Assembly (NCBI GenBank): GCA_044223005.1
Contig: JBGAML010000014.1
Coordinates: 1 to 64,000, forward strand
Reading direction: 5' to 3'
Length of the DNA stretch: 64,000 nucleotides
Origin: Candidatus Eiseniibacteriota bacterium
Lineage (GTDB): Bacteria; Eisenbacteria; RBG-16-71-46
Shown here: positions 10,505 to 19,830 of the stretch, piece by piece
How positions within the stretch are numbered: position 1 is the first letter of the stretch
How the letters are laid out: every line of letters begins with the position of its first letter
Position numbers and translations under genes: made by a program
The notes under the pieces: model-generated
Seen by the model: the letters and a program-made list of their open reading frames with translations, nothing else
The model's database searches: none
Told to the model about the DNA's origin: nothing

Positions 10505-12325
10505 TCAGCGACCCGGGCGCCGTCCGCGGCCCCGTTCGGGACCCCGCGAGCGGCCGCCGGGACCGCCGCCACGCGTGGGACGTTGGGCAGCCGACCCACT
10601 CCCGCGCTCGCGCCGGGGCGAAAGCCCCCGCGCCGGACGGCCCGCCGCGGAGCCGCCGCGGAACGGCCGCTCCTCGCGGAACGACCCGCGCGCGCTCCCC
10701 GACGACGGGCCACGGCGCCCACCCCCGTCGCGTGGCGCGGGACCGCGACGCGGCCGCTCGCCACGCTCCGGTGCCGCCTCGCGCGAGCCGAATGCGCGAC
10801 GGCCGGAACCGCTGCTGCGCGGACCGAACCGCTCACGCGACGCGGACTCGCGGCGCGGGCCCTCGCCGCGGCGCGGGCCCTCGGGCCGGCGCGCGAAGCG
10901 GCCGCGCGGCGCCTCGTCGCGCGCCCCTTCGCGGCGCTCCGGACGACCGCCACGCGCCGGGCGCTCCATCCGTGCGGGACGCTCGCTGCGCGGGCTGCGC
11001 GCCGGGCGCTCCGTCCACGCGGGACGTTCGCCACGCGCGGGACGTTCGGCACGTGGGCCGCGCGCCGGGCGCTCCGTCCACGCGGGACGTTCGCCACGCG
11101 CGGGACGTTCGGCACGTGGGCCGCGCGCCGGACGCTCGGTCCACGCGGGACGTTCGCCACGCGCGGGACGCTCGCTCCGCGGGCTGCGCGCCGGACGCTC
11201 GGTCCACGCGGTGCGCTCGCCACGCGCGGGGCGTTCCGCGCGCGCCGGACGCTCCGCACGTACGCCACGCGCGGGGCGCTCGGCGCGCGCGGGCCGCTCC
11301 GGCTTCGTAGGCCGCTCGCGACGCGGCGCCGCGGGCGTGCCCGTGAAGCCGGCGTCGCCGCGGCGGCCGCCCGCACGCGCGGGCCACTCCGCGGGTGACG
11401 TGTTCGGCGTGTCGACCGGATCGTCGTCGGGTTCGTCCCAGCCGCGCGAGAATCCGCCGCCGGGCACCCAGGTCTCCTCGACGTCGTCGTCGTCGAACGT
11501 CTCGGGCGGCGGCAGCGACGGCTGTGCCGCCTTCGCCGCCTTGGCGGCGCGGCCGGGGCGCGCCGGTGCGCCCGTGGCCGGGCCGCGGCGCGAGTTCGCG
11601 AGCGGCCGCGAGGACGCCGCCTTCAGCTTCTCGAGCTCCTCGACGGACAGCTCGCGGAACATGCCGCGCGCCATCGGACCCAGGCGCAGCGGGCCGTAGC
11701 CCACGCGGTGCAGGCCCGTCACGGTCAGCCCCACCTTTTCGCACATGCGCCGCACCTGGCGGAAGCGTCCCTCGTGGATCTGCACCTCGATCATGATCGC
11801 GTCGAAGCCGGGATCGATCCGGCGCGCCCGCGCGGGCGCGCTCCGCACGCCCGGTTCGAACTCGACGCCGCGCTCGAGACGCGTGAGCTGGCTGCGCGAG
11901 GGCTCCTGGCCGAGCCGAACGCGGTACGTCTTCGTCACGCCGTAGCGCGGATGCATGAGCTTGTGCGCGAGATCGCCGTCGTTCGTGAGCAGCAGCAGCC
12001 CCGACGTGTCGGCGTCGAGCCGGCCGACCGGAAACACGCGCGCGCCGCGCGGCAGGAACTCGCGCACGCTGCGGCGGCCTTCGGGATCGTCGAGCGTCGT
12101 GATCACGCCCACGGGCTTGTTGAGCACGTAGTAGACGAGCCGCTGCTTCCCCGGAAGCGGCTTGCCCTCGACCTCGATCCGGTCGCGGCCCTCCTCCACC
12201 GTGGTCCCGGCCTCGGTGACGACGCGGCCGTTCACGCGCACGAGACCCTCGGCGATCATCTCGTCGCAGCGGCGGCGCGAACCCACGCCACGCGACGCCA
12301 TCAGCTTGTTCAACCGGATGCTCAC
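10505..12325 (-). CDS. rluB: RluB/RsuA-family pseudouridine synthase with a long Arg-rich tail
   Basis: S4 domain IRLNKLMASRGVGSRR; NKPVG, GRLDADTSGLLLLTNDG and EGRFRQVRRM motifs; GTG overlaps the cupin stop; downstream of scpAB. Confidence 0.9.
   Translation of the reverse strand: MSIRLNKLMASRGVGSRRRCDEMIAEGLVRVNGRVVTEAGTTVEEGRDRIEVEGKPLPGKQRLVYYVLNKPVGVITTLDDPEGRRSVREFLPRGARVFPVGRLDADTSGLLLLTNDGDLAHKLMHPRYGVTKTYRVRLGQEPSRSQLTRLERGVEFEPGVRSAPARARRIDPGFDAIMIEVQIHEGRFRQVRRMCEKVGLTVTGLHRVGYGPLRLGPMARGMFRELSVEELEKLKAASSRPLANSRRGPATGAPARPGRAAKAAKAAQPSLPPPETFDDDDVEETWVPGGGFSRGWDEPDDDPVDTPNTSPAEWPARAGGRRGDAGFTGTPAAPRRERPTKPERPARAERPARGVRAERPARAERPARGERTAWTERPARSPRSERPARGERPAWTERPARGPRAERPARGERPAWTERPARGPRAERPARGERPAWTERPARSPRSERPARMERPARGGRPERREGARDEAPRGRFARRPEGPRRGEGPRRESASRERFGPRSSGSGRRAFGSREAAPERGERPRRGPAPRDGGGRRGPSSGSARGSFREERPFRGGSAAGRPARGLSPRRERGSGSAAQRPTRGGGPGGRSRGPERGRGRRPGR
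10955..11305. repeat. Coding 63-bp tandem repeat (about 4 units plus degenerate ERPAR subunits) in the rluB tail
   Basis: Units begin at 11001, 11064, 11127 and 11190 and encode ERPARGERPAWTERPARGPRA-like peptides. Confidence 0.9.
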
Positions 12326-12837
12326 GATGCCTCCCCGTCCGTCAGCCGCTCGATCAGCGCCCGCTCGGCCGGAAACCCGGCCAGCAGCGCCGCGCGCGAC
12401 GCCATCTCGAAATCCCCGAACTCGAATCCCGGCGACACCGTGCAGCCGGCCAGCGCGTGCCCCGCGCCCGCGGGCACCTCCGCGCCGAACCACGTGCCGT
12501 GCGGCACCACGCACTGCAGCGTCTCCCCGCGCGCGACGTCACGCCCGAGCACGATGCGGCGCGCGCCGCGGCCGGGCTCGAGCAGGTGCAGGTGGAGCGG
12601 CCCGCCGTCGTAGAGATGCCAGACCTCGTCGGCGCGCAGGCGATGGAAGCGCGAGTGCCCGCCCTCGCCCAGAAGGTAGACGATCGCGGTGCCCAGCGAG
12701 CGCGGTCCGTCGAAGCGCTCCGGCAGCCCCGCCCGCGGCACCTGCTCCGGCGAGCGCCACGTCTCGCGGAACCAGCCCCCCTCGGGGTGCGGCGAGAGCC
12801 CCAGCGCCGCGATCCAGTGCTCCACGCCGGCGCTCAT
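12322..12837 (-). CDS. Cupin_5 (DUF985) family protein
   Basis: LGLSPHPEGGWFRET, TAIVYLL, SRFHRL..DEVWH and GCTVSPGFEF motifs. Confidence 0.88.
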   Translation of the reverse strand: MSAGVEHWIAALGLSPHPEGGWFRETWRSPEQVPRAGLPERFDGPRSLGTAIVYLLGEGGHSRFHRLRADEVWHLYDGGPLHLHLLEPGRGARRIVLGRDVARGETLQCVVPHGTWFGAEVPAGAGHALAGCTVSPGFEFGDFEMASRAALLAGFPAERALIERLTDGEAS

Positions 12838-12871
12838 GAGCGCCTCCTCCCCGAGACGCGCGCGGCGGCGC

Positions 12872-13882
12872 TCAGCGGCCGCCCGGTTCGTCCAGCGAGA
12901 TCGACGGCCGTTCGCCGGCCTCGTCGTCCTCGCCGTCCTCGTCCTCGTCGTCCTCGTCGTCGTACGCGTCGTCGAATTCGTCGTCGTCGTCTTCGTCCTC
13001 GAACTCGTCGTCGTCGTACTCCTCGTCGTCGGCCTCGGCGTCCGACGCCTCGGCGAGGTCACCGGCGCCGGCCATCGCCCCGCCGGCCGGCTCGTCGTCG
13101 AGCATCGCCATGGCGGCTTCGGCCCGCGCGGCGTTCGCCTGCGCGATGGCCGCGTCGGCGTCGGCGATCGAGAACGCCGCCTCGGCCTCCTCCTCGCTCG
13201 GCGCGGCATCCGCGTCCGTGGCGACGTCGCCCTCGGCGAGCGCGGCGACCGGCTCGCCCGCGGCGGTCGCGCCGTCGGCGTTCGCGTGCGCGAGCGCCAG
13301 CGGCATGCCGCTCTCGGGGTCGAGCTCCATCATCTCGAGCTGCTCGGGCTCGCGGGCCGCCACGAGTGCGCGCAGTTCCTCGGGGCGCGGCAGCTCGGTG
13401 AGGTCCTTGAGGCCGAAGTAGTTCAGGAACTCGGGCGTCGTGCCGTAGAGGAGCGGGCGTCCGACCACGGTCGAGCGGCCCTTGATGGTGACGAGGTTGC
13501 GCTCGAGCAGCGTCGCCATCACGCCGCTCGCATCCACGCCGCGGATCGCTTCGATCTCGCTCTTGGTCACCGGTTGCTTGTACGCCACGATCGCCATCGT
13601 CTCGAGTGCCGCGCGCGAGAGGCGCATCTTGCGCTTGCCGCGCAGCATGCGCGCGACCCACTCGTGCTGCTCGGCGCGCGTGGTGACGATCCAGCCGCCG
13701 GCCATCTCCCGCAGCTCCACGCCGGCCTCGCGCGCGGTGTACTCCTCGGCGAGCGCCTGGAGGGCGGCCGTGACGTCCTCGGCGGGCGCTTCGAGCGCCT
13801 CGGCGAGCAGGACCAGCGTCAGTGGCTGGTCGGACGAGAACAGCAGCGCTTCAGCTGCCGATCGCAGGTTCGATGGAGGCAT
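12872..13882 (-). CDS. scpB: SMC-Scp complex subunit ScpB with an acidic tail
   Basis: AEALLFSS, LSRAALETMAIVAYKQPVT, IEAIRGV, GRPLLYGTTPEFLNYFGL. Confidence 0.93.
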   Translation of the reverse strand: MPPSNLRSAAEALLFSSDQPLTLVLLAEALEAPAEDVTAALQALAEEYTAREAGVELREMAGGWIVTTRAEQHEWVARMLRGKRKMRLSRAALETMAIVAYKQPVTKSEIEAIRGVDASGVMATLLERNLVTIKGRSTVVGRPLLYGTTPEFLNYFGLKDLTELPRPEELRALVAAREPEQLEMMELDPESGMPLALAHANADGATAAGEPVAALAEGDVATDADAAPSEEEAEAAFSIADADAAIAQANAARAEAAMAMLDDEPAGGAMAGAGDLAEASDAEADDEEYDDDEFEDEDDDDEFDDAYDDEDDEDEDGEDDEAGERPSISLDEPGGR

Positions 13883-14789
13883 GGCTGTCGTTTCCTTCCG
13901 CGAGCTTCGGCAGGATCAGGATGTCGGCGAAGTTGTCTTCCTGGACGACCGCGACCTGCCCGAGCTTGACCAGCTCGAGCAGCGCCATGAAGGCGACCAC
14001 GATCTCCATGCGCGCACGCGCCTGGCCCATGAGGGTCGAGAAGCGCAGCTGACCTTCCTCGGCGACCGTGCGCGCGATGAGGGACATCTTGTCCTCGATG
14101 TCCCAGACCTCGGTGCGCACTTCGTAGACGATGCGATCGGGCCGGCGCGCGAGGACGCGGTTCAGCGCCTCGAGCAGGTCGAAGAGCGTCGCGGGCGCCA
14201 GCGGCAGCGGCCCCGCGTCGTCCTCGGTCGGGACCATGCCGCGCTCGAACAGCGAACGCCGCACGGCCTCCTGGCCCTTGAGGGTTTCGGACGCCTCCTT
14301 GTAGAGGCGGTATTCCAGCAGGCGCTGCACCAGCTCTTCGCGCGGGTCGCCCTCGTCCTCTTCGTCGTCGGACTTGGGCACCGGCAGGAGCATCTTGGCC
14401 TTGATGCGCATCAGCGTCGCGGCCATCACCAGGAACTCGCCCGCCACGTCGAGGTCGAGCATCTGCATGATCTCGATCGTGCGCAGGTACTGGTCCGTGA
14501 TGTGCGCGATCGGGATGTCGTAGATGTCGATCTCGTCGCGCTTGATCAGGTGGAGCAGCAGGTCGAGCGGGCCTTCGAAGCGCGGCAGCTTGAACGTCAC
14601 CGCCGGGCGCGGCCGGACGATCGGATCTCCCTCGCGGCTGCGCGCCGCCGGGCTCTCGACCAGCAGGTCGGGCGCGCGCACGCCGTCGGCCGGGGCCGCG
14701 GCGTCCTCCACGGGCGTGCCGTTCGCCTCCGGCGGGGCTTCCGCCGGGGCGAGCGTCTCGTCTCCGTCGCGCGACGTCTCGTCGCTCAC
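13851..14789 (-). CDS. scpA: Segregation and condensation protein A
   Basis: FEGPLDLLLHLI, IDIYDIPIAHITDQY, AGEFLVMAATLMRIKAKMLLP, FMALLELVK. GTG overlaps the trpS stop. Confidence 0.92.
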   Translation of the reverse strand: MSDETSRDGDETLAPAEAPPEANGTPVEDAAAPADGVRAPDLLVESPAARSREGDPIVRPRPAVTFKLPRFEGPLDLLLHLIKRDEIDIYDIPIAHITDQYLRTIEIMQMLDLDVAGEFLVMAATLMRIKAKMLLPVPKSDDEEDEGDPREELVQRLLEYRLYKEASETLKGQEAVRRSLFERGMVPTEDDAGPLPLAPATLFDLLEALNRVLARRPDRIVYEVRTEVWDIEDKMSLIARTVAEEGQLRFSTLMGQARARMEIVVAFMALLELVKLGQVAVVQEDNFADILILPKLAEGNDSHASIEPAIGS

Positions 14790-15850
14790 TCCGGCTCCAC
14801 GACGGACTTGACGCCCATCGCGCTCCGCACGCGTTCCATGGTGTCGCGCGCGACTTCGCGCGCGCGTTTCGTCCCTTCGTTCAGCACGTCCTTCACGCCG
14901 TCGGGGTCGTTCGCCCACTTCTCCCGGCGCTCGCGGATCGGACCGAGCGCCTCGGCCATGACCGCGGCGAGGTGCTTCTTGTCCGCCACGCAGCCCAGTC
15001 GGCCGGCGCGGCACTCGGCCGCGATCGCCGCGGCCTCGGACGGGTTGAACTTGCGGTGATACTCCCACACGACGCAGCCCGGGTGTCCATCGGATTCGTC
15101 GGCCTCGGGCCGGCCCGGATCGTCCTTCCGCATCTTCTTGGGGTCGGTGTACGCCTGCCGGACCTTCTGCTCGAGGTCCGCCGGCGACTCGGCGAGCATG
15201 ATCGTGTTGCCGACCGACTTGCTCATGCGATTGCCGTCCAGCCCGCGCAGGCGCGCGAACTCGGTCAGCTGCGCCTCGGGCTCGGGGAAGACGGGCTCGC
15301 GATCCTGGCAGTACACGAAGTTGAAGCGCCGCGCGAGCTCGCGCGTCAGCTCCACGTGCGGCACCTGGTCCTCGCCCACCGGCACGTGTGTCGGGCGGTA
15401 GAGCAGGATGTCGGCCGCCTGCAGCACCGAGTAGCCGAGGTGGCCGTAGGAGATCGTCTGCTCGTCCATGCCGAGGTCGCGGATCTGCTCCTTGAGCGTC
15501 GGGATCCGCTCGAGACGCGCCTTGCTGACCAGCATGCTCAGGAGCAGGTGCAACTCGGCGTGCTCCTTCACCGCCGACTGCACGAAGATCACGCTCTTCG
15601 CCGGGTCGAGGCCCGCCGCCAGCCAGTCGAGCACCATGTCCCAGATGTTCTGCTGCAGGTGGGACGTGTCCTCGTAGCCGGTCGTGAGCATGTGCCAGTC
15701 CGCGACCATGTGATAGTTGGTCCAGCCGGCATCCTGGAGCCGCACCCAGTTCTCGAGTGCCCCCACGTAATTGCCCAGATGGAGCCGCCCCGTCGGGCGC
15801 ATGCCCGACAGGATACGGCCCGTCCTGCTGGAAACCGGTGCGGACGACAC
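14786..15850 (-). CDS. trpS: Tryptophanyl-tRNA synthetase
   Basis: SGMRPTGRLHLGNY (HIGH), LQAADIL, VPVGEDQ and RMSKS (KMSKS). Confidence 0.95.
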   Translation of the reverse strand: MSSAPVSSRTGRILSGMRPTGRLHLGNYVGALENWVRLQDAGWTNYHMVADWHMLTTGYEDTSHLQQNIWDMVLDWLAAGLDPAKSVIFVQSAVKEHAELHLLLSMLVSKARLERIPTLKEQIRDLGMDEQTISYGHLGYSVLQAADILLYRPTHVPVGEDQVPHVELTRELARRFNFVYCQDREPVFPEPEAQLTEFARLRGLDGNRMSKSVGNTIMLAESPADLEQKVRQAYTDPKKMRKDDPGRPEADESDGHPGCVVWEYHRKFNPSEAAAIAAECRAGRLGCVADKKHLAAVMAEALGPIRERREKWANDPDGVKDVLNEGTKRAREVARDTMERVRSAMGVKSVVEPE

Positions 15851-15886
15851 GGCGCCTCCGAAACAAGGGTGTGAGATGGGCCGTGC

Positions 15887-15915
15887 AGACTATCGGACGG
15901 TCCCGGAGGGGTCAA
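15887..15915 (-). promoter_or_regulatory. Sigma70-type promoter of the trpS-scpAB-rluB operon
   Basis: Minus strand TTGACC-17 nt-TAGTCT. Confidence 0.6.
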
Positions 15916-15922
15916 GAAATCC

Positions 15923-15947
15923 GAGCTTCATGTAACACGTGAAGCTC
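15923..15947. other. Inverted repeat (terminator of the SpoIIE gene or operator of trpS)
   Basis: GAGCTTCA-TGTAACACG-TGAAGCTC between the stop at 15958 and the trpS -35. Confidence 0.4.
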
Positions 15948-15957
15948 TCGCGCCCCC

Positions 15958-17772
15958 TCAGGCGGCGCCATCGACGGGACCGGCCGGGGGCTCGCCGCTC
16001 GTCTTGCGCACGACCAGCAGCGTGAGGTCGTCCGACGGCCCCTTCTCTCCCGTCCAGTCCAGCACGGCCTTCACGATCGCCTGCGCGATCTCGGCCGCAG
16101 GCGCGTCGCGCGTCGCGCGCATCACGTCCTCGAGCCGGCCCTCGCCGAACTGCTCGTTGACGGCGTTCTCGGCCTCGGAGACGCCGTCGGTGTAGAGGAC
16201 GAGCAGGTCGCCGTCGGCGAGCGCGATCGGGCGTTCCTCGTAGCGGGCGTCGGGCAGCACGCCGAGTGCGACGCCGCCTTCGATCAGCCGCTCGGTCGAG
16301 CCGTCGCGGCGCAGGAGGATCGGCGGGTTGTGGCCGGCGTTGCTGAAGATGAGGACGCCGTTCTTCCAATCGAGCGTGCCGTAGAACGCGGTGACGAACT
16401 TGTCGCGTTCGGTGCTCTCGTGCAGCAGCTGGTTCGCCTTCCGCATCACGGCGCGCAGCGCGTACTCGTTGCGGATCTCCGCGAGCAGGCCCATGCGGAA
16501 GCCGGCCATCAGCAGCGCGGCTGGGATGCCCTTGCCCGACACGTCGGCGATCGCGAGCCCGAGCCGCGTCTCGGAGACCGGGATGAAGTCGTAGTAGTCG
16601 CCGCCTACCTCGTCGTGCGTGATCGTGGTGCCGGCGAGGTCGAACCCGGGCACGCGCGGCGCGCCCGAGGGCAGGAACGAGCGCTGGATGTCGCGCGCGA
16701 TCGCCAGTTCCTTCTCCAGCCGCCGGCGCTCCAGGCGCTCGTGCGCCGAGTGCGCGCGCTCGACCGCGACCGCGGCCTGCGCCGCGAACGCCTCGAGCAG
16801 CTCGAGGTGGCCCGCGTGGTAGGCGTCCTCGAGATCGCTCTCCAGGTTGAAGACGCCGATCACGCGGCCCTCGTTGAGGAGCGGCGTCGCGATCTCGGAG
16901 CGCGACTGCGGGCGCGCGGCGACGTAGCGCGCGTCGGCCCGCACGTCGGGCACGATCACCGACTCGCCGGTCTTGGCGACCCAGCCGACGATCCCCTGCC
17001 CGACCATGAGCCCGAACGCCTCCTCCGACCCCTCGGGGTAGCCGCGCGCGCTCACCGGTTCGAGCTCCGCCGTGCGGCGGTTCACGAGGTAGATCGCGGC
17101 TGCGTCGTAGTCCACGACCTGGTGCAGCGACTCGAAGCTCGCCTCGATCACCTCGTCCAGGTCGAACGGCGCGGACATCGAGCGCGCGATCTCGAGCAGC
17201 ACGTCCTTCTCGAGCGCACGGCGCTCGGTCTCGCGGTGGAGCAGCGCGTAGTCGAGCGCGAACGCCACGCTTTCGGCGGCGACCTCGAGCCGGTCGAAGT
17301 CCGCGTCGGTGAACTCGCCCTCGCGCTTGTCGAGGCACTCGATCACGCCGAACGGCTCGCCTCGCCGCAGCAGCGGGACGACCAGCGCGCTGCGGAACGC
17401 GGGGACGTTGCCCTTCACGTCCGCGGGCGCCGCCACGCCGGCGCCGAGCCGCAGCGGTCGCTGCTCGCGCATCACCCAGCCCGCGAGCCCGTTCGCCCGA
17501 GGCATGCGGCGTTCGCGCATGGCGCCCCCGCCCTCCGGGAACTCGCGCGCGACCAGGCGCTGCCCGCCGTGGCGGGCGATCCAGATGCGGGCCGTCTCGC
17601 AGTCCACGAGCCGCTGGCACTGCCGGCTCGCCGCCCGCAGCAGGTCGTTGAAGCGCGCCGGGCGATGCACGCCCTCGGGCCCCAGCAGCGCCTGTGCGGA
17701 GATGCGCGGCAGCGGCCTTTCCGGCAGCGCGGACGGGTCCGCGGGCGCGACGGGCTTGGGATCGTCTTGCAC
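15958..17772 (-). CDS. GAF-GAF-SpoIIE (RsbU-like PP2C) phosphatase
   Basis: Two GAF domains; VGGDYYDF, IADVSGKG, NAGHNPP, YTDGVSEA and DDLT motifs. Confidence 0.9.
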   Translation of the reverse strand: MQDDPKPVAPADPSALPERPLPRISAQALLGPEGVHRPARFNDLLRAASRQCQRLVDCETARIWIARHGGQRLVAREFPEGGGAMRERRMPRANGLAGWVMREQRPLRLGAGVAAPADVKGNVPAFRSALVVPLLRRGEPFGVIECLDKREGEFTDADFDRLEVAAESVAFALDYALLHRETERRALEKDVLLEIARSMSAPFDLDEVIEASFESLHQVVDYDAAAIYLVNRRTAELEPVSARGYPEGSEEAFGLMVGQGIVGWVAKTGESVIVPDVRADARYVAARPQSRSEIATPLLNEGRVIGVFNLESDLEDAYHAGHLELLEAFAAQAAVAVERAHSAHERLERRRLEKELAIARDIQRSFLPSGAPRVPGFDLAGTTITHDEVGGDYYDFIPVSETRLGLAIADVSGKGIPAALLMAGFRMGLLAEIRNEYALRAVMRKANQLLHESTERDKFVTAFYGTLDWKNGVLIFSNAGHNPPILLRRDGSTERLIEGGVALGVLPDARYEERPIALADGDLLVLYTDGVSEAENAVNEQFGEGRLEDVMRATRDAPAAEIAQAIVKAVLDWTGEKGPSDDLTLLVVRKTSGEPPAGPVDGAA

Positions 17773-17892
17773 GGCCGCACGCTAGCACGCTGCCCGCAAC
17801 CAGCGCCACCGGTACCACTTGGCGCTCATCCGGCGGGACCTGCGGGCCGATAACCGCGGGGAACCCTGCTCCTCTCCCCGGAGACCTCACGG

Positions 17893-19830
17893 ATGGGCCA
17901 GGAAAACCGTCGACTCGGCGACCTGTTGTTGGACCGGGATCTCGTCACGCCGCAGCAACTCGACCAGGCGATCGCGGAGCAGCAGCGATCCGGCGAGATG
18001 CTGGGCCGCGTGCTCGTGCGCCTGGGGTTCGTCGAGGAGCGCGCGATGCTCGAGTGCCTGCGCAACCAGCTGGCGCTCCCGCTCGTGGATCTCGAGATCG
18101 AGATCCCGCAGCCCGACGCGCTCGCCCTGGTCACCGAGGACGTCGCGAAGAAGTACCTCGCGATCCCGCTCGAGATCGAGTCCAAGAAGACGCTGATCGT
18201 GGCGATGGTCGACCCGCTCAACGTGAACGCCATCGAGGACCTGCGCTTCCATGCGGGCATGTTCATCCAGCCCGTGCTCGCCTCCACGTCGCAGATCGAG
18301 GAGGCGATCGAACGTCACTATCACCTCGACGCGTCGGTGAGCCAGGTGATCCAGAGCATCATCTCGAGCGAGGACGAAGTCGTCGTCAACGCCGTCGAGG
18401 AGAACGACGAGCGCCAGGCGATCGACGAGCTGATGAAGGAGGCCGAGGGCCGCCCGATCATCCGGCTCGCGAACTGGCTGCTGCGCCACGCCGTCGAATC
18501 GCGCGCCAGCGACATCCACCTCGAGCCGCAGGCCAACGACCTCGTGGTGCGACTGCGCGTCGATGGCCTGCTCCGCGAGGAGCAGCGCCTGCCGCGCTGG
18601 ACGCAGAGCGCGATCGTGTCGCGCATCAAGGTGCTCGCGAACCTCGACATCGCCGAGAAGCGCATGCCGCAGGACGGGCGGCTCGTGGCCGAGATCGACG
18701 GCCGCCGCGTGGACATGCGCGTGTCGACGCTGCCGCTCACGACGGGCGAGAAGGTCGTGATGCGCATCGTGGACGGCTCGCGAGCCAACATCGACATGAA
18801 GGCGCTGGGGCTCGCCGAGCGCGACCTCACCCGGATCCAGTCGTTCCTCGCCCGCCCGCAGGGCATCGTGCTCGTCACCGGTCCGACCGGCTCGGGCAAG
18901 TCGACGCTGCTCTACGCGGCGCTGCGGCACCTCAAGCACGTGACCCGCAACATCACCACGGTCGAGGACCCGGTCGAGTACCAGATCCCGGGCATCAACC
19001 AGGTGCAGGTCGACGAGAAGGGCAAGAAGACCTTCGCCGGGGCGCTGCGCGCGATCCTGCGCCAGGACCCGGACGTGATCATGATCGGCGAGATCCGCGA
19101 CAAGGAGACGGCGCAGATCGCGTTCCGCGCCTCGGTGACCGGCCACCTCGTGCTGAGCACCGTGCACACGAACGACGCGGCCAACGCCGTGACGCGACTC
19201 GTGGACCTGGGGCTCGAGCCGTACATGGTCGCCTCGTCGCTGATCGGCGTCGTGAGCATGCGGCTCGTGCGCACGCTGTGCCCCCGCTGCCGCGAGCCCT
19301 ACGATGCGGACGTCGCCGACGTGAACCGGCTGACGGGCGCCGCCGTGAGCGAGCGCCATGCGATGCAGCTCTGGCGTCCCAAGGGCTGTCCCCACTGCAG
19401 CGAGAGCGGCTTCACCGGCCGGACGGGCATCTACGAAGTGCTCGAGATGGACGAGTCCATGCGCGGCCTGGTTTCGCGCGGCGGCACGGACACCGAGGTC
19501 CGCACGCTCGCGGTCGACGGCGGCATGCGCGCGATCGGCGAGGACGGACTCGAGAAGTGCTTCGCCGGCACGACGACGGTCGACGAGGTCAGCCGGGTCG
19601 TGTGGCTGCCCGAGCAGGGCGTCAAGGTCTGCGGCAGCTGCGGCAACGTGATTTCGCAGGACTTCGAGTACTGCCCGGGGTGCGGCCACTTCGTGGGCGA
19701 GCACTGCGAGCGGTGCCATCGGCGGGTCGATCCGGTCTGGCAGTTCTGCCCGGCCTGCGGCCACCGGCACGGCGGTGTCCCCGAGGGCACCGTATGCGAA
19801 CTCCCGACCCCGAAGAAGCGACCCGCATGA
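17893..19830 (+). CDS. GspE/PilB-family ATPase with N-terminal MshEN and C-terminal double zinc ribbon
   Basis: RLGDLLL..(MshEN), ASDIHLEP, PQDGR, GPTGSGKST, TVEDPVEY, LRQDPDVIMIGEIRD; terminal CGSC/CPGC/CERC/CPAC. Confidence 0.9.
   Translation: MGQENRRLGDLLLDRDLVTPQQLDQAIAEQQRSGEMLGRVLVRLGFVEERAMLECLRNQLALPLVDLEIEIPQPDALALVTEDVAKKYLAIPLEIESKKTLIVAMVDPLNVNAIEDLRFHAGMFIQPVLASTSQIEEAIERHYHLDASVSQVIQSIISSEDEVVVNAVEENDERQAIDELMKEAEGRPIIRLANWLLRHAVESRASDIHLEPQANDLVVRLRVDGLLREEQRLPRWTQSAIVSRIKVLANLDIAEKRMPQDGRLVAEIDGRRVDMRVSTLPLTTGEKVVMRIVDGSRANIDMKALGLAERDLTRIQSFLARPQGIVLVTGPTGSGKSTLLYAALRHLKHVTRNITTVEDPVEYQIPGINQVQVDEKGKKTFAGALRAILRQDPDVIMIGEIRDKETAQIAFRASVTGHLVLSTVHTNDAANAVTRLVDLGLEPYMVASSLIGVVSMRLVRTLCPRCREPYDADVADVNRLTGAAVSERHAMQLWRPKGCPHCSESGFTGRTGIYEVLEMDESMRGLVSRGGTDTEVRTLAVDGGMRAIGEDGLEKCFAGTTTVDEVSRVVWLPEQGVKVCGSCGNVISQDFEYCPGCGHFVGEHCERCHRRVDPVWQFCPACGHRHGGVPEGTVCELPTPKKRPA

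Noticed and set aside
10955..11305. 63-bp repeats as a CRISPR or guide array
   Set aside because: In-frame coding tandem repeat with no unique spacers and no cas genes.
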